Virus record (IMG/VR): IMGVR_UViG_3300013901_000008
Span: 1-64,000 of that record
Reading direction: 5' to 3' (one strand)
DNA from: a virus
Lineage: Duplodnaviria; Caudoviricetes
Length of the DNA: 64,000 bases
The translations under genes were made by a program, and so were the position numbers. The notes under the pieces were generated by a model, which was not told the DNA's origin, searched no databases, and was given only the letters and a program-made list of their open reading frames with translations. Below, piece by piece: positions 19,302-29,314 of this stretch; the first letter of the stretch is position 1, and each line of letters opens with the position of its first letter.

Positions 19302-22300
19302 ATGTTATATCATCCGATAATGAACCAGCTTGCTAACATCGACATGACTTTCTTGGTGAAGCCTGCCGACGAGCAAAACATAGAAAATCAGATAGCCTGC
19401 TTCTGTCCGTTCTGCCAGAAGAAGGTGGCTGACGATGGTGCATCGGATGATGCCCATTCCAAGCAGACCCCTCACTTCATCATCTATAAGAACCAGCGAG
19501 GCGGTCTTTATAATGGTATAGGGGTAGATGGCAACAAGCAAGCCGAGCATGGTGCTATCCGATGGATGTGTACCAAGACGGGTAAGTCGGGGTATGGTGC
19601 GCTTGAGCTATATGCTGCCATGCGCAACCTACCGATGCACGGAGCCAGTTTGCTAAGGCTCTGCCACGACCTTGTGGTACGAGTATATGGCGACAATGAG
19701 CAGACGAGAGCCAAGTGGCCTATGCTCTTCGCCAAGATGGATTATCGTACCATCTCACCCCAAACAATCGAGACATTTTCTTTTTTACCCAAGACTGACT
19801 TCAACCCCCAGGAGCTTGCATCCTTGGGGTGCGAAGTCACATTGCAGCAAGGCTTGCCGGTCTTTGGTTTTGGTAAGGACTTCGACACCACGATGCTCAA
19901 TAATGACTTCCGTATCTATGCGGTAGATCAAGTTACCCTGCCTAATGTGGTGAGGGACGGGCAACTGGTGAGCGAAGTGATATATGGCACGCCTTGGAAT
20001 CCACTGTTTGTTTGCTTCGCTACTGACGTAATAGCCCCACAAGGCTCATGCGGTTGTTTCTTTCGTCCTGCCATGCAGCAAGACCCGATTGTCTTCAGCA
20101 CAGCCGAGGGACATACCGTGAGAAAGGTAAGCAAGTGGCTTATGGGCGACAAGGTGTTCACCTGGGCGATGGACCATCGCAGTGAGAAATCGACGGCAGT
20201 AAAGTCTGCCATCGAACAATTCGACCCTTACGAGCAATATACCGAGCAAGAAGAAATCTGGGTAGAGAACGAGAAACAGGACGGTACGCCGAAAGGCACC
20301 TTCCATTCCGAGCAGATAGATATTGAGGCGGGCGAAATCAAGGCACAGAACATCGTGTTTTGTCGTACGCCCGAAGATGCATTGAGCATCTATTACGCTA
20401 TGCGCTCCTTGCGAAGCGAGAAGTTTTCGGACAATCACTTTCAGAAATATTGTTGGTACCATGTGGCTTTCTCCATCGGTAGGAGAAACTTCTGGTATAT
20501 CGACCATGGGCAGTGGAGGCAAGAGAAGCTTGACTTCAATGCCGTGCAATATCAGAAGATGAAGCGATTTGCCGAGAGGGTGATTATCCTCTATCCTAAC
20601 GACATCGCCAGTCAAAGGGATTGTGGAGCCATCGCCTCCAAGTATAGCGACCTATGCTATGCGATGCTTCCCGAGCCATTCCGCAGCAAGTATAATCAAA
20701 GGTGGAAATGGTTGTATGGTTGCACCCCTCGCTCGGTGAGAGACTATATGATGTCTTACCACATGACGGATGCCGATAACTTCAAGTTCGACCATGACAT
20801 CAAGATTCCGCTCTATTCCAAGCTAAGGGATGCCAAGAACACCGACCCTTTTGAAATCGACTATTCGAGAGACCCAAGAAGCGGCAAGCCGAAGCCACCT
20901 ACCTGCAAGGTGTCGCCTACAAAGGTATGGTTGTTTATGACGTGCCACGGATATTATAGAATGATAGACCCTGACAGCACCGACCTCGTGGGGCAATACA
21001 TCCACCTTGATAGGTGCTTCGTGGAATACATAGATGCCAAGAGCATCATCCAGGCAGCGAAGATATTGCTCCTTGAGTTTATCGAACAGAGTTGGCGACA
21101 CAACGACCAAGAACGAAAGATGATGTCGGATTGCGCCAATCTCATCGACAAGAACTTTTCGGAGAAATCGGCTGGAGGCTTACAGAGCATGGTGATAGAC
21201 TTTGCGGAATCATTCGATGCCCATACGGAGTATTTCTATTTCCATAATGTGGCACTGAAGATAACACCCGAAGCGATAACACCTGTATCTTACGACAAGA
21301 TAAACTTCTTCATTCCATCGCTCGCCCGAAAGCCATACGACTTCACGATGAAGGTGTTCAATCCACCTTTCATTATCAGCGAAAGCCAGGATTACCGAGA
21401 ACGGCTGAATGCCATCAATCAAAAGGAAGAGATGCGCAATGAGGACGGTTCTCCTGTCTTCACCATCGACGAGATAGGTCGTATGAGGGCAGAGCTGGAA
21501 GAGTGGAGCCAGACCTACCGATGGACGGTAGATTGGAGAGGCAAGCAGGAGAGAGACCTTTGGCCTATCCTGCGTATCATCAGAGGATGTTCTAATACCC
21601 TTTGGGAGGTGGAGCAATCGGCGATGAGAAACAAGGAGCCTTTGTCGCCCGACGAGATGGCGGTTATCAATTCCCATTTCGCCAATATGATTTCTTGCAT
21701 CGGACGTGTCTGTTATCGCTCCTGGGATGATATGCAGAGTATCTGCCCTTATCTCCTGGAAGACAATATCCAAGACGAGAAGCAAGCCAGCGGTGGTTCG
21801 GGCAAGAGCGTGATGATAAACTTGGTGGTAGGCTCGGCTGTGAACGTGTTGAGCGTAAACATGAAGAGCTTCGCCACCATCTCGGATGCCAAGTTCAGTT
21901 TGTCGGCATTGCTCCTTTTCCCTGGCAAGTACAGGGTGGTGCATTGGGAGGATAAGCCCAAGAGTTTCCCGATGAAATACTTCTACAACAAGGTAACGAA
22001 TGGTACCGACGTAGAGCGAAAGTTTGGAGACCCTATCACTTTCAAGATGGAAGACTCGCCGGAGCACGTTATCACGAGCAACAATCCATTGAGCGATGAT
22101 GATGATTCCACCATCGGTCGTTTTCCCTTGGTATCGTTCTCGGATAGATTTGCACGAGCCAATCCGCAGAAGCGCAAGCCGGCACGATCGCCCAAGGACG
22201 TGATGAAGCACTTCCGTATGGAGCCGGAGCATCTGACAGATACCGACCGCAATCAAACGATATATGTATGCGCCTTGGCTGTGCAGTTTATCATGCGGTA

Positions 22301-22994
22301 CCATACGTTTGCCATCGCTCCTCAGCAGAACGTTCGCCGCCGTCAGATGGTGCAGAAGCTGACCGAGAGCATCGTGAGATACTTCGAGTACTTCTTTGCG
22401 AGAAACGAGGTGTATGGCGTGCCTATCTGTACGGAAGATATGTTCCGAGAGTTTATGAGAGACTGGGCGGATGCCAGCGAGGGCAAATCGAAAGAATATT
22501 CTCGTGCCACGTTCAAGAAGAAAATCAAGGACTACTGCGAGAATATGGGCATTACCTGTAACCCTCCTCAGTTGCTATCCAACAACAGCGACAAGCACCG
22601 TGGTTGCTTCAAGCTGCAAGCCTGGGTAACGCAAGAATACTTCGTAGGCAGGGAGTGGGAGAACGATGATAGCGTGGAACCTAAGTATATCCGACGGATA
22701 GAGACCAGTTCGCACGTCTTCTTCTTCTACCGTCCAGGCAAGGACCCGATACCGAAGGATTACAGCGAACTGAAACGTATCGCAAAAGAATATGCCGAGT
22801 CGCCTGACCCAATGCCATATCGTGATGATGATGGAAACATCGTATCGCTCACGATGGAAGAGGAGGAACGCTGGAAGAGCTTCGTTTCTCGTAGGCAGGG
22901 CAGAAGGAGTTCTTCGGCTGGTAACAATGGCAATACTCCTGGCAGTGGTGCCGATATGGTATCGCAAATAGACAAGAGCGATTTGCCGTTCTAA
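19302..22994 (+). CDS. primase-helicase fusion (Zn finger, TOPRIM-like, P-loop)
   Basis: CPFC near N-terminus; Walker A SGGSGKS and VVHWED; C-terminal DLPF. Confidence 0.75.
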   Translation: MLYHPIMNQLANIDMTFLVKPADEQNIENQIACFCPFCQKKVADDGASDDAHSKQTPHFIIYKNQRGGLYNGIGVDGNKQAEHGAIRWMCTKTGKSGYGALELYAAMRNLPMHGASLLRLCHDLVVRVYGDNEQTRAKWPMLFAKMDYRTISPQTIETFSFLPKTDFNPQELASLGCEVTLQQGLPVFGFGKDFDTTMLNNDFRIYAVDQVTLPNVVRDGQLVSEVIYGTPWNPLFVCFATDVIAPQGSCGCFFRPAMQQDPIVFSTAEGHTVRKVSKWLMGDKVFTWAMDHRSEKSTAVKSAIEQFDPYEQYTEQEEIWVENEKQDGTPKGTFHSEQIDIEAGEIKAQNIVFCRTPEDALSIYYAMRSLRSEKFSDNHFQKYCWYHVAFSIGRRNFWYIDHGQWRQEKLDFNAVQYQKMKRFAERVIILYPNDIASQRDCGAIASKYSDLCYAMLPEPFRSKYNQRWKWLYGCTPRSVRDYMMSYHMTDADNFKFDHDIKIPLYSKLRDAKNTDPFEIDYSRDPRSGKPKPPTCKVSPTKVWLFMTCHGYYRMIDPDSTDLVGQYIHLDRCFVEYIDAKSIIQAAKILLLEFIEQSWRHNDQERKMMSDCANLIDKNFSEKSAGGLQSMVIDFAESFDAHTEYFYFHNVALKITPEAITPVSYDKINFFIPSLARKPYDFTMKVFNPPFIISESQDYRERLNAINQKEEMRNEDGSPVFTIDEIGRMRAELEEWSQTYRWTVDWRGKQERDLWPILRIIRGCSNTLWEVEQSAMRNKEPLSPDEMAVINSHFANMISCIGRVCYRSWDDMQSICPYLLEDNIQDEKQASGGSGKSVMINLVVGSAVNVLSVNMKSFATISDAKFSLSALLLFPGKYRVVHWEDKPKSFPMKYFYNKVTNGTDVERKFGDPITFKMEDSPEHVITSNNPLSDDDDSTIGRFPLVSFSDRFARANPQKRKPARSPKDVMKHFRMEPEHLTDTDRNQTIYVCALAVQFIMRYHTFAIAPQQNVRRRQMVQKLTESIVRYFEYFFARNEVYGVPICTEDMFREFMRDWADASEGKSKEYSRATFKKKIKDYCENMGITCNPPQLLSNNSDKHRGCFKLQAWVTQEYFVGREWENDDSVEPKYIRRIETSSHVFFFYRPGKDPIPKDYSELKRIAKEYAESPDPMPYRDDDGNIVSLTMEEEERWKSFVSRRQGRRSSSAGNNGNTPGSGADMVSQIDKSDLPF

Positions 22995-23016
22995 AGCAAC
23001 AAAACAATAAAAGAAT

Positions 23017-23256
23017 ATGAAACAGAAGAAAGGCGTTAGGATTGCGAACCGACAAGTTTGGGTAGATACCTTCGTGTATCTTTGCCCACAGCATCGGGGA
23101 GGCATGGGAGTAGGCGAGTATTGCCAGCACCTCGATGGTACCCGAACCAACTGCACAGGTAGATGCACCTACAATGGCAGCGGAGCTTGCGAGTGGGTAA
23201 CGCAATTCTTTAAGACATACATTAAGTTTATAGAAGGTGAATTGAAATTTTTGTAA
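23017..23256 (+). CDS. small Cys-rich protein
   Basis: 79 aa with 5 Cys, in operon. Confidence 0.55.
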   Translation: MKQKKGVRIANRQVWVDTFVYLCPQHRGGMGVGEYCQHLDGTRTNCTGRCTYNGSGACEWVTQFFKTYIKFIEGELKFL

Positions 23257-23277
23257 AACAAATAAATACTAAAAAGT

Positions 23278-23892
23278 ATGGCAAGTTATAATGGTAATAT
23301 CGACCTCCTGGCTCTGAATGGGTCCAAGGTCTTAGTAGGTCTCGACGAGAAGAATGCACAGCGTCCTTACATCTGCATTCCTCTCGATGTAAACGAGATT
23401 AGAGTAGAGGCATCAAAAAACAACCCCAACAAGCAGATGGCGAAGTTGAGAGTGAACATCTGGCCTTTCAGTGAGCAATACAAGAATGCGGCTCGTCGAA
23501 GCGCACAGGAGCGTGGTGATAGCAACGTCAGCGTGCCTACCCACGAGATGCAGCTTTCATTCTCCGTGGAATACATCAAGGCGGTAGCGAAAGCTTACCC
23601 TAAGCTCGTAGAGGAAGTGAAGGAGGCCAACAAGGAAAAAGACCCAGCCATCGTGAGTCAAGACTTCAACGATGAGAATACCCACCTTTTCAAGGCTATC
23701 CGCAATCGTATGAACAAACGTATCGCCCAGCTCTATCAGCCACAGCCTACCAACAATCAGCAAGCCTACCCACAAGGCGGTTTCGCCCAGGCTGGCAATG
23801 CCACATCTTGGGTACCACCTACGGATGGCAGCGGTTACGACCCAACCAAGATGGAGGGCTACGATGATCCTAACAGCGATTTGCCATTCTAA
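23278..23892 (+). CDS. putative single-stranded DNA-binding protein
   Basis: OB-fold-like N-terminus, Q/G-rich linker, acidic DDPNSDLPF tail; between helicase and clamp. Confidence 0.6.
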   Translation: MASYNGNIDLLALNGSKVLVGLDEKNAQRPYICIPLDVNEIRVEASKNNPNKQMAKLRVNIWPFSEQYKNAARRSAQERGDSNVSVPTHEMQLSFSVEYIKAVAKAYPKLVEEVKEANKEKDPAIVSQDFNDENTHLFKAIRNRMNKRIAQLYQPQPTNNQQAYPQGGFAQAGNATSWVPPTDGSGYDPTKMEGYDDPNSDLPF

Positions 23893-23952
23893 ATTCAAAC
23901 TTCAAACATAAAAAACTTCAAACATAAAAAACTTCAAAAACAAAATAACGAT

Positions 23953-25149
23953 ATGAAAATTCAAGCTTCTTCAGCAGCGGCACTGAAACTGGCTCTCCAT
24001 AAAGCCTCCAAGTGCATCGAAAATAAGCCGAGCATGGCTATCCTCGCCAACGTCTTGCTCACTCAGCGAAGAGACGGCGATGGCAAGTTCTTCTTTATAT
24101 CTGCCACCTCTGACTCACAACTCACCATCCCTGCGCCTTTCAGCATCGTGGAGGGCAAGTACAGCAAGGACATCGTTTTGCCAGTGGCTATGCTTACATC
24201 ATTCATCGGTACCCTGCCAGGCGATTGCGTGGTGACATTCGATATTTCGGAAGACTCGCAAGACTTCACCATCGAGTATTGCACAGGCGATGGCGAGAAT
24301 GTGAAGACAGGTAAGGTATCGCTCGGCTATGACAAGGCAGACGATTTCCCTTTGGCAAGAAAAATCGGCGATGGATATACAGAGGTAGTCTTCCCGATGT
24401 CAGTATTCAAGTCCGTCCTGGGCAACGCTGGCAAGTTTGTGGCAGCCGATGAGTTGCGCCCAGTGATGAACTGCCTTTGCATCGACGTGACCGAAGACTT
24501 CTCGGAGGCAGTCTTTGTGGCTTCCGACGGCCATAAGCTCTTCAAACAGATTCACCCTAACAAGCCGGAGCAGGGAGGCAGCGACTTCTATCGCCAGGGT
24601 GCAGCCATGAAGATTTTGGTTCACTCCCAGTATCTGAAAGTTCTTTCCGTGTTCGAGGATTGCGAGGACATCAATATCCAGTGCGATGGCAAGATGGTGC
24701 GCTTCGCTTCGGGCGATATTGAGTATGTTTGCACCTTGGTGGATGGCAAATATCCTAACTACAATTCGGTTATCCCGAAAGATACTCCTTGCTATGCGGT
24801 ATGCAACAAGCGAGAGTTGTTGAGCATCATCAAGCGTATCTCCCTCTTCAGTAGCGAAAGCTCCAAGCTGATTTCGATGAAGAAGGATGGCATGTTCCTC
24901 GACATTTCCGCACAGGACATTGACTTCTCGGTATCGGGCGAAGACCAAGTGTTGGTTACGGATAGCGAGTGCCCAGAGGGTTTTCTTATCGGCTTCTCTT
25001 GGCTTACGCTGATGGATAGTGTGAACGCCATCCCTACGGAGAACGTTCGATTGAACTTCATCGACAAGAGCCGTGCCATTACGGTTACGGAGGATAATCC
25101 TGCCAGCAAGGTAACGACCCTCGTGATGCCGATGTTGCTCAACGACTAA
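23953..25149 (+). CDS. dnaN: DNA polymerase III beta sliding clamp
   Basis: DELRPVMN, VASDGHKL, GKYPNYNSVIP, ISAQDIDF, LVMPM motifs; 398 aa. Confidence 0.92.
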   Translation: MKIQASSAAALKLALHKASKCIENKPSMAILANVLLTQRRDGDGKFFFISATSDSQLTIPAPFSIVEGKYSKDIVLPVAMLTSFIGTLPGDCVVTFDISEDSQDFTIEYCTGDGENVKTGKVSLGYDKADDFPLARKIGDGYTEVVFPMSVFKSVLGNAGKFVAADELRPVMNCLCIDVTEDFSEAVFVASDGHKLFKQIHPNKPEQGGSDFYRQGAAMKILVHSQYLKVLSVFEDCEDINIQCDGKMVRFASGDIEYVCTLVDGKYPNYNSVIPKDTPCYAVCNKRELLSIIKRISLFSSESSKLISMKKDGMFLDISAQDIDFSVSGEDQVLVTDSECPEGFLIGFSWLTLMDSVNAIPTENVRLNFIDKSRAITVTEDNPASKVTTLVMPMLLND

Positions 25150-25201
25150 GAAAATTCCCGATAAAGAAACTTCCAAGGATTAGAAAAAACTCTCTTCTGA
25201 T

Positions 25202-25903
25202 ATGGATGATACATTACTTTTCATACCTCCCTGCTGCGTGGATAGGAAACTACCCAAGGCAGTGGGTGAGGCACCAAGACGAACGCTCACGTTCTATACG
25301 CATGGCGACGTAACGATGGAGAAGTTCTTCAGAGCCATCGGCTTCTTGGTGGACGATGCACCCAACCACAAGAAAACTTATACGGTGATGGTGCTCGCCA
25401 TGCCTCAGATACTTCCAGAGACGGCGGTGTTCTTACAGCAGTGTTTCGAGCGAGAATGGATTACCCACTTGGTGCTCACCACCAGCAAGAATGCTGAGAG
25501 CCTGATGGATATTCACCTCGCCGAGTATAAGGATAGGTTGCTCTATGCCCGCAGCCAGGACGTGAGCAACGTAGCTTCTCACATGGTGCTCTACAAGAAA
25601 GACAAGGCTCTTATTCTATCGGGGCCGATGTTGGAGAAGATGAGCGGCAAGACTTCCGCTTACTCGCTCCAGTTCCTGCCCGACCAAGCCAACTGGCTAA
25701 ATGCGCTCACCTGGGGCAACCCTGTGAAGAACGTCTGTTTCCCCGATGTGCTGCACCAACGACAGCAGGTTATCAAGGATAAGCGAGAGGTGAAGGATAG
25801 ATTGCTCTCAAGATTCCTGAAAGCCTCGTTCCCACCGTATGACGATGATAAGGAGCAACCTTTGAGTCACGGCGACCACCACGACTTCGGACAGATGGGG
25901 TAG
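25202..25903 (+). CDS. hypothetical protein
   Basis: 233-aa ORF. Confidence 0.7.
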   Translation: MDDTLLFIPPCCVDRKLPKAVGEAPRRTLTFYTHGDVTMEKFFRAIGFLVDDAPNHKKTYTVMVLAMPQILPETAVFLQQCFEREWITHLVLTTSKNAESLMDIHLAEYKDRLLYARSQDVSNVASHMVLYKKDKALILSGPMLEKMSGKTSAYSLQFLPDQANWLNALTWGNPVKNVCFPDVLHQRQQVIKDKREVKDRLLSRFLKASFPPYDDDKEQPLSHGDHHDFGQMG

Positions 25904-25964
25904 GGCTTTGGGTGCGACTGAATGAATAAGGCACGGATTACACGGATTACACGGATTTTATATC

Positions 25965-26276
25965 ATGGCAAAATATCGACAAAGTTATACCAATCTTAGA
26001 CAATTCTGCGAGAAGTGGCAGTGGATAGACCCACGTAGCGGGCAACAAGTTACGGGGTATATCCACCCACAAACCGCAAGAAAGGTGGAGCGGAAGCCGT
26101 TCTACATCAAGTTTCTTACCAAGACTGGGCACGTGGATGAAGGTGAGTGCGTTTGCCTAAAGGTAGATGTGCTTCGCCATCAACGCATGGTTCAGTTTGT
26201 AAAGAGCAAGGAGATAAGAATGGTGAACGACATCTTGGTGTTGGAGGTGGATGGCACCCGATTCATCACGCATTGA
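25965..26276 (+). CDS. hypothetical protein
   Basis: 103-aa ORF. Confidence 0.7.
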   Translation: MAKYRQSYTNLRQFCEKWQWIDPRSGQQVTGYIHPQTARKVERKPFYIKFLTKTGHVDEGECVCLKVDVLRHQRMVQFVKSKEIRMVNDILVLEVDGTRFITH

Positions 26277-26589
26277 TTCGTTATAAGATACTTCATATTC
26301 GCATAAATATAAACAGTAAAAAAGGTGAATACTTTTGGATTTTATCTTCTTTTTAGGAAAAAGAGAACTGCAAATGTTTCTAAGCAAAACATAATAGCAG
26401 ATAGATCCCATGTTAAAAGTGTCATGGCTTCGGCGGAAGCTGCATTATGACTTGATTTTGACATCTAAAAATATTATCATCAAACATCTTGCATATCCTT
26501 GGTGCGTGAGTATAGAGGATTGCTTTCTTAAAATAAAGTACATATTTTTTACTCAGCTCATCGGTTCGTGAGGATAGATGAGTCTTCTC

Positions 26590-26662
26590 GCTGGATTAGC
26601 TCAGTTGGCAGAGCGTTCGCCTTGTAAGCGAAAGGTCATAGGTTCGAGTCCTGTATTCAGCT
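26590..26662 (+). tRNA. tRNA-Thr(TGT)
   Basis: GCTGGAT/ATTCAGC acceptor, TAGCTCAGTTGGCAGAGC D-arm, TTCGC-CT-TGT-AA-GCGAA anticodon arm, GGTTCGAGTCC T-arm; CCA not encoded. Confidence 0.93.
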
Positions 26663-26664
26663 CT

Positions 26665-26805
26665 ATGAAAAAGGAAATAGCAATCAATACCTGTATGGGG
26701 AATGTGGCGGTAACGATAAATACCCGATACGAGAATCTCAATATTGAGCATTTTATGTCGTTGGCTCATTTTCCAAGAACAGGGGTAATGGAGGTGTACC
26801 TATGA
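26665..26805 (+). CDS. stand-alone C5-MTase TRD-like minigene 1 (in frame, 46 aa)
   Basis: MKKEIAINTCMGNVAVTINTRYENLNIEHFMSLAHFPRTGVMEVYL; homologous to module 3. Confidence 0.7.
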   Translation: MKKEIAINTCMGNVAVTINTRYENLNIEHFMSLAHFPRTGVMEVYL

Positions 26806-26947
26806 TTAAGTTGGACTATCATATCCCCAAAATAGGGGGGTGCTGACAGGCGTATCGGAGGATTTTAACCGAGGTGCGCTGTGGCTCGTAAGCCGCTGCA
26901 TACGTAGCAATGTGCATGACGCTGGCATTCTCATTCAATATGAATAA
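26802..26947 (+). pseudogene. TRD-like minigene 2, OFF at G6 (26835-40); G7 restores the frame
   Basis: MIKLDYHIPKIGG|VLTGVSEDFNRGALWLVSRCIRSNVHDAGILIQYE after +1 G; ATGA overlap with module 1. Confidence 0.7.
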
Positions 26948-26959
26948 AAACAAATAACA

Positions 26960-28363
26960 ATGATAACAAAAATAAACTTCAAGGACAGAACGATAAAATC
27001 GTATGCCATCAGAAAGCTGACTCCCAAGGAGTGTTTCAGATTGATGGGCATTCGGGACGGAGTAATCCTCCTGATGCAAGCAAGCATATCCCTTGCCAAG
27101 ACTCGCATATCAAGCGCATTCGGCAAAGATGCTTGGGCGCATATCTTTGGCAAGGCTGTAAAAGGCAACGACAATGATATGGTTATATCGGCGAGCCAAC
27201 AATACAAGCAGGCTGGCAACTCCATCGTAGTAGATGTGCTGAAAAGCATCTACTCACAGCTTTGGTACCCAGCACCCAAGCAACCACAGGCACAGCAAGC
27301 ATCGCTCTTCGATGATTTCTTTCCCGAAGACGTATTGCCGTCTATGCCGGTGGAGAAGAACCCAAGCGACAAGGCGAATATCCAGCCTGGCGACAAGGTG
27401 GCTCCAGAGGAGAAAGTGATTATCACTACCTTTAGCGGATATGACAGCCAGTTGATGGCGGCGGATGCCTTGCGTGAGGATCATCCCGATTTCAGATGGA
27501 CGTGCATGGGTTGGAGCGACATCGACAAGTACGCCTGTCAGATGCACAACCTCGTGTTTCCGCAATATGCCGACCGAGCACTTGGCGATATTACCAAGAT
27601 AGATTGGCACAAAGTAAAGGATAGCTTGCAAGGCAGAGAGGTGGACTTGTTTACTTATTCATCTCCTTGCCAAGACATCAGCCAGGCTGGCAAGCAGATG
27701 GGACTGAAAGAGGGTAGCGACACCCGAAGTGCCTTGCTTTGGCGAGTAGCCGATGCCATCGAAGTATTGCAACCTAAGTATCTCCTGCAAGAGAATGTGG
27801 CGGCACTGGTAAGCGAGAAGTTCATGCCCGACTTCAAGAAATGGTTGCAGAAGTTGGAGAGCCTTGGCTACGTGAACCGATGGGCGAGACTGAATGCCAA
27901 GGATTACGGTGTGCCACAGAACAGAGACCGAGTATTCTGCCTCTCGATGAGAAGAGACGTGGCTTTCGATTACCAATTCCCTGAGCCTGTCAAACTGGAA
28001 AAGAAATTGGAGGATGTCTTGGAAGAAGAGGTGGATAAGAGATATTTCCTGAAAGACGATGCGGTATCAAAATTCCTCAAGGCAAACGACAAGGACAGCG
28101 CATTGTTCGTGCAGTTCGACCTTCCACCCAAGCATGAGGATGCGATGTTCCTCAAGACATGGCTCTCGTTTTGGATGGAGGAAGTGAATGGCTGGGAAAT
28201 GAAGCCTACGGAACTGGATAAAGTTATCTGCGAGAAAATGATTGTCGGCAAGTTTACCTACGATTATTCTTCGTGGAAACAAGATGGCACAGAGCCAAGC
28301 GAATACTCTGGTTTCCGTGAGAGATATTTGGAGAATCTGAATAGAAAGGCTTCGGAAGAATGA
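26960..28363 (+). CDS. circularly permuted C5-cytosine DNA methyltransferase (motifs IX-X then I-VIII) with no recognisable TRD
   Basis: N-terminal RKLTPKECFRLMG (IX) and YKQAGNSIVVDVL (X), then FSGYDS (I), SPCQD (IV), ENV (VI), PQNRDRVF (VIII). Confidence 0.92.
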   Translation: MITKINFKDRTIKSYAIRKLTPKECFRLMGIRDGVILLMQASISLAKTRISSAFGKDAWAHIFGKAVKGNDNDMVISASQQYKQAGNSIVVDVLKSIYSQLWYPAPKQPQAQQASLFDDFFPEDVLPSMPVEKNPSDKANIQPGDKVAPEEKVIITTFSGYDSQLMAADALREDHPDFRWTCMGWSDIDKYACQMHNLVFPQYADRALGDITKIDWHKVKDSLQGREVDLFTYSSPCQDISQAGKQMGLKEGSDTRSALLWRVADAIEVLQPKYLLQENVAALVSEKFMPDFKKWLQKLESLGYVNRWARLNAKDYGVPQNRDRVFCLSMRRDVAFDYQFPEPVKLEKKLEDVLEEEVDKRYFLKDDAVSKFLKANDKDSALFVQFDLPPKHEDAMFLKTWLSFWMEEVNGWEMKPTELDKVICEKMIVGKFTYDYSSWKQDGTEPSEYSGFRERYLENLNRKASEE

Positions 28364-28544
28364 AATTTTGTCTAACCAAGGTTGGAAAATCTCGCCTCTT
28401 AAATGAGGGGGGCGGCAACAACCGGTCAACGTAACAAGCGATATGTGTGCAGCGACAATTACCACAAGGTACGAGAATATCGGGCCAACCAATATTCTTT
28501 CGTTAGCGCATTATCCTATGACGGTAGTAATGATAGAATTATGA
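28360..28544 (+). pseudogene. TRD-like minigene 3, OFF at G6 (28407-12); G7 restores the frame
   Basis: MKFCLTKVGKSRLLNEGG|RQQPVNVTSDMCAATITTRYENIGPTNILSLAHYPMTVVMIEL; ATGA overlap with the MTase stop. Confidence 0.75.
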
Positions 28545-28693
28545 GGCAAGATTTCTTCCCCATCATCCTCGGTAAATACTCGCCATCACAAAATGGCGTG
28601 GTGGTATCGCCCAAGGGTATCGCCCTGTGTATATCTGGGGGGGGTAAAGGGCATGATGTTGATAAACCAAAGATATTGATAGAGTATGATTGA
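28541..28693 (+). CDS. TRD-like minigene 4, ON with G8 (28637-44), 50 aa
   Basis: MRQDFFPIILGKYSPSQNGVVVSPKGIALCISGGGKGHDVDKPKILIEYD; QNG.V.SP.GIA...PKI is TRD-like. Confidence 0.75.
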   Translation: MRQDFFPIILGKYSPSQNGVVVSPKGIALCISGGGKGHDVDKPKILIEYD

Positions 28694-28832
28694 GATCTGT
28701 TTCATCAATACTCCTTCGCAGAGAATCGGTGGGGCGATTACTGCGCATTATCACAAGGAGGGATTCGCTAATATCATCCCTAATACAACGTCTAAGGTTA
28801 AAGCACAAGCAATATTAGTAAGTTATGAATAA
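28686..28832 (+). CDS. TRD-like minigene 5 (in frame; tract interrupted, GGTGGGG), 48 aa
   Basis: MIEICFINTPSQRIGGAITAHYHKEGFANIIPNTTSKVKAQAILVSYE. Confidence 0.7.
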   Translation: MIEICFINTPSQRIGGAITAHYHKEGFANIIPNTTSKVKAQAILVSYE

Positions 28833-28974
28833 GACAAGACCTTTCGTGAAGCGAGGTGACACGATAAGTTTTCGGGGGAGGTATTCCACGGCACTCTCTT
28901 CCAGATACGATGGCTGGGGCGGCCTCTACGACAACCATGGTCAACATACTATGCTTCTGTTAATCTATGAGTGA
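28825..28974 (+). CDS. TRD-like minigene 6 (in frame; G5AGG), 49 aa
   Basis: MNKTRPFVKRGDTISFRGRYSTALSSRYDGWGGLYDNHGQHTMLLLIYE. Confidence 0.7.
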   Translation: MNKTRPFVKRGDTISFRGRYSTALSSRYDGWGGLYDNHGQHTMLLLIYE

Positions 28975-29153
28975 GCGCAGAGCCATCCTTACCCACTACC
29001 GCACGGAAGAGGCAAAAGCCTTCCGCCGTCTTTACGGAGATACGGGGGGGGTGCAAGTATCAAGACAAATATCACAGGATGAGTCGTGAGCCGTGGAGCA
29101 ACACGATTTCCACTGTGACAAAAGACAATTTATTATGCACAGAATATTTCTGA
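28967..29153 (+). pseudogene. TRD-like minigene 7, OFF at G8 (29044-51); G7 restores the frame
   Basis: MSERRAILTHYRTEEAKAFRRLYGDTGG|CKYQDKYHRMSREPWSNTISTVTKDNLLCTEYF; SNTISTVTKDNLL is a TRD-type motif. Confidence 0.78.
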
Positions 29154-29314
29154 TAAGAGAAGCCAGAACCGAGCACGCCAAGCAGGTGCGCAAGCTCACG
29201 GGCAGGAATGATTTCCGAGACAAGCAAGTCCCGCTCATCTTTGCCCACGAGACGATGCAGTGCATCGGTACGTTTCTCACAACCGATAACTTGATAGGAG
29301 TATGTTACAAGTAA
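29135..29314 (+). CDS. TRD-like minigene 8 (in frame, no tract), 59 aa
   Basis: MHRIFLIREARTEHAKQVRKLTGRNDFRDK...CIGTFLTTDNLIGVCYK; homologous to module 7 (RTExAK, DNL). Confidence 0.72.
   Translation: MHRIFLIREARTEHAKQVRKLTGRNDFRDKQVPLIFAHETMQCIGTFLTTDNLIGVCYK

Noticed and set aside
26590-26662. tRNA as a prophage attachment site
   Set aside because: Phage genes continue on both sides, and no duplicated 3' end or integrase is seen in the window.
26578-26664. ORF-track N-terminal extension of 26578..26805
   Set aside because: It overlaps tRNA-Thr; the real start is more likely ATG 26665.
28403-28540. ORF-track starts at 28403, 28971, 29093 and 36777
   Set aside because: These are run-ons from alternative frames of the frameshifted or overlapping minigenes; the coupled ATGs give more coherent proteins.
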